Positions 56,733 through 64,000 of a stretch of DNA of 64,000 nucleotides are shown here, piece by piece. A program made the translations under genes and the position numbers. The notes below the pieces were generated by a model, which worked only from the letters and a program-made list of their open reading frames with translations, made no database searches and was not told the origin of the DNA. Within the stretch, counting starts at the first letter, position 1; each line of letters opens with the position of its first letter. Source of the stretch: Eledone cirrhosa (lineage: Eukaryota); assembly GCA_964016885.1 (NCBI GenBank), contig OZ024743.1:182590001-182654000 (forward strand). The letters are read 5' to 3'.

Positions 56733-57169
56733 GTAAATAGAATGGTTTATTTAAATGGAAATGCTTATATAAAATTGTTATACACCTAAATTCAATTTTT
56801 TATTTTAAGTAAGACAAAGTAAAACAAGAAAATAAGAAACTAAAAAAAATCTTAAATAAAATAAAATCAATAACACAAATATTAAGAAAGCTGGAGAAGA
56901 TGAGTGAAACAATGATTTAGACTATAAAACAACAGCAACAATCATTTTAAGGCTATTTTATTTTCCCTGCCAAAGTAGGGGTTAACCTTGCAGACCCCAT
57001 GACAATTCTCATATTCATCATGGTGTCCTTTTTTATATAATGTTTTATGGATATCCTTCTTGGTGCAAACGTTTTTAGTCTTACAACACAGGGAGATAGT
57101 GTACCTATTCAAACGGAATATACACAGTATGATATAGATTACAAACATACATTGAAATAATTCAAGGCT

Positions 57170-57239
<70 letters not shown>

Positions 57240-57893
57240 TGGTTCTGATGAACGCCAGCCAGCATGACTGTCAGTTTCTCTCCCTTCTTTCGCCAAAAAG
57301 AAGTAAATGACATAGTCACTACTTTAAAACTGGTAGCATGTGGTCTTCTAAATGTTTTTAATTAAACATTCAGTATATTGCCAAATATACTATACATACA
57401 TTCATGTATATATATATATACACACACACACAGAGAAAGAGATTCAAAACAGGGGTGCACACAGGATAAAGACAATAGGAAAAATGACTGTAAAATGGAC
57501 AGTTCCATTGACTCAGTCAACTGACAAAGAAGGGGAAGAATGGTGCCCAAGGGGTTAGCCAAAGGAGAAGAAAATATAGAAGAGAAATAGAAAAACAGAA
57601 AAGAATAATATGGATTGTAGTCCAACATGCAGACAAAGAAGAAGTTGAGGCGTAGAAAAGGTAAGAATGAAGATTAGTGGATGACAGAGCAGGAAATGTG
57701 ATGTCTATCATATGTTAGTTTCAAAAAGGTTTATTGATGTTCAAACCTAGTTGAGTTTTCATCAGAAGGTGTGTATACAATCTGAATGATCACAAGGAAA
57801 CATATATCAAATTGGCTTATATACTCTTAGTAGTATTCTGAAATTGACATACTAATTTGCATATAGTTATATATATATATATATATGTATATC

Positions 57894-58263
57894 ACCTTGA
57901 CCGACAAGTCTGTCGGGCGCCATTCGGCACCGCTGGTCACAGCACGTGCTGTTTTAGCCATAGGATGATGCCATCCCATTGTCTAAAGTTTGTCTTAAGC
58001 CAGAAGGCCCATTCGGCCGGTGCCTATCTCGGTTTCATGGCATGACGCGACTGAGAGTACAAGACTCCCCCCTGGACAGGACGCCAGTCCATCGCAGGGT
58101 TAAACCTCCAGCTATTGTTGGTACTCATTTTCAGCTGAGTAAACTGGAGCAACATGAAATAAAGTGTCTTGCTCAAGGATACAACACATCTCCCGGTCTG
58201 AGGATTGAACTCACAGCCTTTCGATTGCAAGCCTACTGCTCTAACCACTAAGCCATGCGCCTT
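57894..58263 (-). mobile_element. tRNA-derived SINE with CORE-like and V/Meta-like domains and a non-RTE tail
   Basis: Head GAAGGCGCATGGCTTAGTGG...GAGTTCAATCC as at 461, then CCTGCGATGGACTGGCGTCCTGTCCAGGGGG and a distinct 3' end. Confidence 0.78.
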
Positions 58264-58268
58264 CACTA

Positions 58269-58335
<67 letters not shown>

Positions 58336-58558
58336 GTGTGTGTGTGTATATATATGTGTGTGTATGTATATATATATGTGGGTGTGTGTATATATATATG
58401 TGTGTGTATATATATGTATATGTATATATGTGTGTGTGTATGTATATATATATATGTATATATATATGTGTGTGTGTATATATATATTTGTAATCAAATT
58501 TGATTCAGTCTGTGAAGATTAAGACTCCTGATGATAATGTATTTACCTCATTTTCCAG

Positions 58559-58690
58559 TTGGTGCTTACTGTGATGTTGACAAGTATTGTTGTATATATC
58601 TACACAGTCATAGCCTTTAACTTCTTCAGGAAGTTCTATGTCAAAGAAGAGGATGGTCAAGTTGATTACAAATGCCATGACATGGCTACA
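58559..58690 (+). CDS. RyR: Ryanodine receptor exon ([44 protein letters not shown]; S5 and luminal loop)
   Basis: CAG acceptor and GTATGT donor, 132 nt, phase 0-0. [13 protein letters not shown] motif. Confidence 0.97.
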
Positions 58691-59034
58691 GTATGTATTT
58701 TATTTTATTTTTGTTTTATTTTTCATTTCTCTCTTGTTGTTTCTTTTTGTTTTTTACATCAGAAAATTATATACTATGGACCCATACTTTCATCATAAAT
58801 ATCATCCATTCTCAACCTGGGGGTACACAAATGTGAGAGGTGGTGTCTGGTAACTAAGTTCAGAATTTCAAGTATTTTGTCAAAAATAGAATGTACACAC
58901 ACTGTTGGGTGTCCTTTTCTCTCATTCAATTGTTATTCTCACCATATAACAATTTGGCAGAGGGTTGAAAATTCATTTAGCTTAAAATGGAACCTTGCTA
59001 GTGAAAAGTTAGGGAACTACACATATAAATATAT

Positions 59035-60191
59035 AAATAGATGTTGCTTAGTATGTAGGAAAGGTGTAGGTAGGAACTCCATTCTCTGCCCCAAATGCAA
59101 ACAATGGGTGCACAAAAGATGTAGTGGGATCTCAGGAAGCTTAACTAAGAATGTAGGCTTCACATGTAGCAGCTGTGTTGGGACACCAAGCAGCAAACAG
59201 CCACAGGAAACAAGTACCACCAAACTCTGGGAGGGCTCTGTAGAAACAGCTTCTGCTACCTCTGTAGACCGCTTCTGCTACCTAGGTGACCGATTAACAG
59301 CGGAGGTGGGTGTTCGGAAAGTACAATAACTAGGGTAAGAACGGGATGGAAGAAGTTCAGGGAGCTACTGCCACTGCTAGCTGCAAAAGACTTCTCCCTC
59401 AAAATGAAAGGCAGACTGTATGATGCGTGTATCCGAACAGCAATGTTACATGGTAGTGAGACCTGGGCACTGAAGGTGGAAGACTTACATAGATTAGAAA
59501 GAAACGAAGCCTGCATGCTCCGATGGATGTGTAATAGTAATATACGCGAACGGCAAAGCATAAATGAACTGAGAGAGAGACTGAGCATAAGAGGAATCAA
59601 ATGCTGTGTGCAGGAGAGACGGTTACGTTAGTATGGACATGTGATGCGTATGAAGGATGACAGCTGCATAAAAAGGTGCAGAGCACTAGAAGTCGATGGA
59701 GGCCGCATAGTGGGGAGACTCAAGAAGACCTGGAATGAGGTGATAAAAGCCGACCTTACCCAATTACACCTCTCAAGGGCAATCACACACGACTGGGACC
59801 TCTGGCATCATGCATTAATACAGAAGACCCTCTCTCTCCCCCCCCCCCCCCCCCCCCCCCACACACACACATAGGTACAAGCCAAAGCTGAAGCATATAG
59901 ACAATATGCCCTACCCTCCTCCCACTGCAAAGTGGTCGTGGAGGTGCCACGGCAAAAAAGCACCCAGCCCACACTGTAAAGTGGACGTGTAGGCGCTATG
60001 GAAAAAAAGCACCCAGCACTCACTGTAAATGAGGTTGGTGTTAGGAAGGGCATCCAGCTGTAGAAATCAAGCCAGAATCAGTTCTCATATGAGCAAGGCA
60101 TGGTCAGCCAACTGGACACTGCCCACAACAGGACAACCTGTCTAACCCATGCTAGCGTGGAAGAACGGACGTAAAACAGTGATGATGATGT
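59035..60191 (+). mobile_element. 5'-truncated RTE LINE
   Basis: CRKGVGRNSILCPKC...AMLHGSETWA...RLR remnants, 3' UTR and (GAT)n tail. Confidence 0.88.
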
Positions 60192-60664
60192 TAAACAATA
60201 ATGATGAGATCTTTATATATAAGAAGTTTGTTTAAGTAAGTTTGTTGTTAGTAAATCTTTGTCAAAATTGTTGCTAATATTACCAGCCTGACTTTTCTGC
60301 CTTGCATTCAGAATTATCATATCCTTGAGGTTAACACTAATTATTTCACAACATCAGATGCGACCTTGGTTCATCTACAATTATTAATGTATACAAAGAA
60401 ACTTATGTATAAAAGTTTAACATATTTATTAGAAAAGATCAACTTCCCACCATAATTATAAGAATTGTTTAGCAGTGGTAATTTCACTTATTCTTACTAC
60501 AATTACAGTGTTGTGGTACCAAGCAAAGAATACAACTTTTGTTTTCCTCAGTCCATATAGATGACTGGCAGGAGCACCCACTGGTGCCTAGGTGCAAAAT
60601 CAACTTCTCTAAAAGTAAACAAATATCTAAATTTTCACAAAAACTTTACTATTTTCTTTTTCAG

Positions 60665-60713
60665 TGTTTTGTCTATCATTTACATACTGGCCTCAGGGCA
60701 GGAGGGGGAATTG
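60665..60713 (+). CDS. RyR: Ryanodine receptor 49-nt exon (CFVYHLHTGLRAGGGI-G; pore helix and filter)
   Basis: TTTTCAG acceptor and GTAAGT donor, phase 0-1. GxRAGGGIG filter motif. Confidence 0.95.
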
Positions 60714-61957
60714 GTAAGTAACTTTTATTCTGGATATAACTTTACAAATTCCTAGATTGAAATTTAAAAAAAATATAAAAATTGTTTTGTTTTTTCAATT
60801 TTATTTTATTACTTATCTATTTTCTCAAAATATGTTTTTGTTTCATTTTTTTTTTTTTTATTTATTTTAAATATTTTTCTTTTAATATTACTAATTCTTA
60901 TTGGAAGGATATCAGGTATTTACAAAAATATGAAATGGCTCACTTAATGTCATATCTGTATTTGTAAAGCTATTATGAATATAATCCTGAACACAAGTAT
61001 TATACCTAATCTATACAATTACACACCTGAACAAGAATTGCCTTCCTGATCTCTATTATATCAATACAGTATTCAATTGTTACATGATTATATATCTTCA
61101 TAGAACTGTAGTTTTTTGTTAACCGTAATTGTATGTAACAAAACACATCCTTCTGTTGTCATCTGGAGATACCAACAATTATGTTGCTTTCGATAGTGCT
61201 AGGAGATGTTCAGATATTTAGGCTCACATGAAATATCCTATTCCTTACAATTCTCTGCTATAGAACCAAGCTAGTTCCATATCTTATAAACTGCTTCATT
61301 GTTACTTTCTCAAATTTAATGAAATCCTAAACCTCCTATAAAAATTGACCTTGACTTATAACTTTTGTGGCTTCTTCCATATACTAAATTACCTTTGTCA
61401 CAAGATTATGTTAGCCTTTACTAGTAGGAATAGGCTTTATTCAACAATTGATCCAATCCTGCCTTTGTATTTTGTGTGGTATCACTTCTATATGTCCTTC
61501 TCAAACTGAACACAGCTGCTTTGAAAATATTGCACACATACAGTTTTTTCCCCTTTGGGCTGCACAATTTGATACGTTAAACTTCAACCAGTGATGTTAT
61601 GAGCCATTAATGGATCCTTTAAGTGATTGTTCACCCTGCAAGAAATAGCAGTTAAATCTATTTTAAGTCCCACCTTAAATAAAGTTGGACAATGGACAAT
61701 GTAGTAGTTCCTGGTATAGAAAAAGGACTGGATGGTCATGACTGGAACATCATCTTTAATCATAAGTCTGTTGGATCAGGGATGGCTTGATGTATTTATC
61801 CTTGTAAATCCTGTCAGAACACTAAGTTATTTGTTTAAGAACCTAGATGTGTGCTTCCTCTGTCTCCTTCAGTCAGTGGGATCTTTTACATTTAAATAGG
61901 CCATAAGTCTCAGCATAACATCCCATTTAAGATATATCCAACTAAGTGCCTCTATAA

Positions 61958-62160
61958 ATAATTGTTTCTACTTTGGGAACAAGGCCAGCAATTATTCCCC
62001 CCCCCCCCCCGTGCATTACTGGTGCTTTATTTTATCGACCCCATAAGGATGAAAGGCAAAGTTAACCTTGGCGGGATTTGAACTCAGATCGTAAAGCAAC
62101 GTAACTCTATACTGCAAAGCATGGCATCCGACCCTCTACCGATACTGCCAATCCACCGCA
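61958..62160 (-). mobile_element. tRNA-derived SINE (Nin/Deu-like), same family as 56011-56340
   Basis: Shared head CCGACCCTCTACCGATACTGCCAATCCACCGC and shared tail TTGTTTCTACTTT...CAAGGCCAGCAATT on the + strand. Confidence 0.8.
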
Positions 62161-62860
62161 TCTTGTCTTAAATTCATCCTGATATTATTCTGTGTCAGTA
62201 AAAATTAAATCTGTGGAATTTGTTACAAGTTAATGTCCTAACAAAGGAATGACTTAATATAGTTGAAATTTGAAGGTAACTTGAGTCATAGACTTCATCT
62301 GTAATTTGATTTAATACCACTATCTATTCCTTGGGTGCCTTTAGTGAAGTACCCTCTGTTGCAAGCATTTAGGTCAAGTCTTCAGTCTAAGGATAATTGC
62401 CTCACTTTCTCCCAATAATCTCATAGACCTTGGAATGGGTTATGAGCACTACCCTTCCACTTCTGACTGCAATTTTTTTTTAAATACTTTAAAAATATTA
62501 ATGGTGGAAGCTCCTTATTACAACCATGGATAATGTTATCAACTGGTTATTGCTATGAAAATGGGTGGTTTCAAAACTCTTTATTTGCTTAATGTTATCA
62601 ACCAGTTATTGTTATTGAAAAGGCTTCACACCAAAGTGATCTCAATAACTGGTTTCCACTGTATGTCATTTATTTGAGATTAATTCTCAAGCAACATAAT
62701 TTATATACAAGTATCTACTACATTCATCTTTATTAAGATGACCAAATACACTAGAGTTAATTCAGAACAAACTATATGGTTAAAATAAAGTTAATAAATA
62801 TAAAAATGTTGAAAGTACAACATTGTTAATCTGATTTAATAATTGTGTGTTTCTTTGCAG

Positions 62861-62968
62861 GGGTTGAAATTGAGCCAGCTGATGGAGACCCATCAGAAGC
62901 ATACAGAATTATATTTGATATCACATTTTTCTTCTTCATCATTGTCATTTTGCTGGCTATCATTCAGG
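62861..62968 (+). CDS. RyR: Ryanodine receptor exon ([37 protein letters not shown]; post-filter loop and S6)
   Basis: TTTGCAG acceptor and GTAAGT donor, 108 nt, phase 1-1. [23 protein letters not shown] is the RyR S6 signature. Confidence 0.97.
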
Positions 62969-63199
62969 GTAAGTCAGAAATAATTCAATAAAATAACTCT
63001 TAATTTGAAAATATATTTCAATGTTTAGATTCTACTGAATGATATTTTTCTTGAGGGCCTTTTTGAGGCAATGTTTTAAGGTTAGATGCCTTTCTTGGGA
63101 GCCAATTCTTTTCGTTGCCTCTTATGAAACACACAGATATGGTATACCTTTTCTAAATAAGATATACATGGTACATTTAAATGAAAACTGTGTATTCTT

Positions 63200-63802
63200 G
63201 CAGATGAAGAGAATGTTGATCTAAACCTTAGGTATGGTGGGAAGATGAAACGTGTAAAGACATTCTGTTATCTGGGAGACATCTTGAATGGAGAAGGTGG
63301 ATCGGACTCAGTGACAGTAGCTAGAATGATATGCACATGGAAGAGGAACTGTGTGGAATGCTGAAAATGAAGGGGAAGGTGTATGCTGCATGTGTGAAAA
63401 GTGTCATAATTTATTGGAGCAAAGCATGGATGATGTATGAGAAGCAGCAGAGAAGTCTGGAAGAATGTAAATGAGAATGATTTGGAGGTTGTGAATAATT
63501 GCTCAGGGAGAAGGGGATGAACAATGAATTGAAGAGGATGATGGCAATAAAGCCAGTAATGGAATGAGATGGTTGGGTCATATGTTGAGTAAGGATGAGA
63601 GTAACTGTGTGATAGGAGTGATGGAAATGAATGTGGAAAGAAATAGAAGAAGGGGAAGACCAAGAAAAACATGGCTAAAGATGATGGAGGAAGAAATGAA
63701 AGCCAGAGGACTAGTGATGAGGCTTGCAGATGATAAAGCAAAGTGGAGAAGCTTGTCATTGTGCCAGTAAAGCTAACCCCTTAAGGGAGAATGGCCTTAA
63801 AA
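63200..63802 (+). mobile_element. Old degenerate RTE LINE 3' fragment
   Basis: FCYLGD, KGKVYAACVKS and MRWLGHML...RGRPRKTW remnants. Confidence 0.7.
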
Positions 63803-64000
63803 TGCTTATTGCTTTTTAAATTTGACTAAATAACACTATCTATAAATATTTGTTTATTCATCGTATATATTCAAATATAAGACAACACCTTATTGCAAAA
63901 ATATGGGCAAAAATCCAAACACCATTTATAAGCCAAGGCAGGTAATCTCTATATGGTCACACAATCTGCTAGAAATGACAGCTAAATCTCCCACAGATCA

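Noticed and set aside
62502-62661. Possible Tc1/Tigger-type MITE ending TTCCACTG|TA with an internal ~25-bp duplication
   Set aside because: The left TIR is too degenerate to call from this window alone.

Overview
AT-rich, repeat-dense eukaryotic genomic DNA, most likely from an octopod cephalopod. That assignment is an inference from tRNA-derived CORE-type SINEs with RTE tails, abundant RTE LINEs and kb-long (TA/TACA)n tracts. The only host gene I can support is a ryanodine receptor (RyR) on the + strand. Five GT-AG exons (49097-49158, 56586-56732, 58559-58690, 60665-60713, 62861-62968) encode the C-terminal transmembrane region, pore helix, selectivity filter and S6. As assembled, it has a +1 G in one exon and a filter reading GGGIG-V-E instead of GGGIG-D-E. 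The rest is intronic or intergenic and packed with nested elements: a Buster/hAT remnant, TTAA MITEs, non-autonomous and decayed autonomous Helitrons, a DD37D (maT) transposon, a HERO-like fragment, many RTE LINEs, SINEs, a solo LTR, Penelope-like LTR remnants and two young CR1-group LINE families. There is a 200-N gap at 47518-47717. Most notable: (1) both CR1-group LINEs have a CCCH-finger ORF1 and an AUG-less ORF2 in the -1 frame with an in-frame slippery heptamer, suggesting programmed frameshifting; (2) a well-formed minimal hammerhead ribozyme sits in a 470-bp partial tandem repeat that supplies one LINE's ORF1 start codon; (3) a ~640-bp palindrome carries two hammerhead-like motifs and an inverted copy of an RTE tail; (4) the RyR filter D-to-V change. 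All calls were made by eye; no searches or folding were run.
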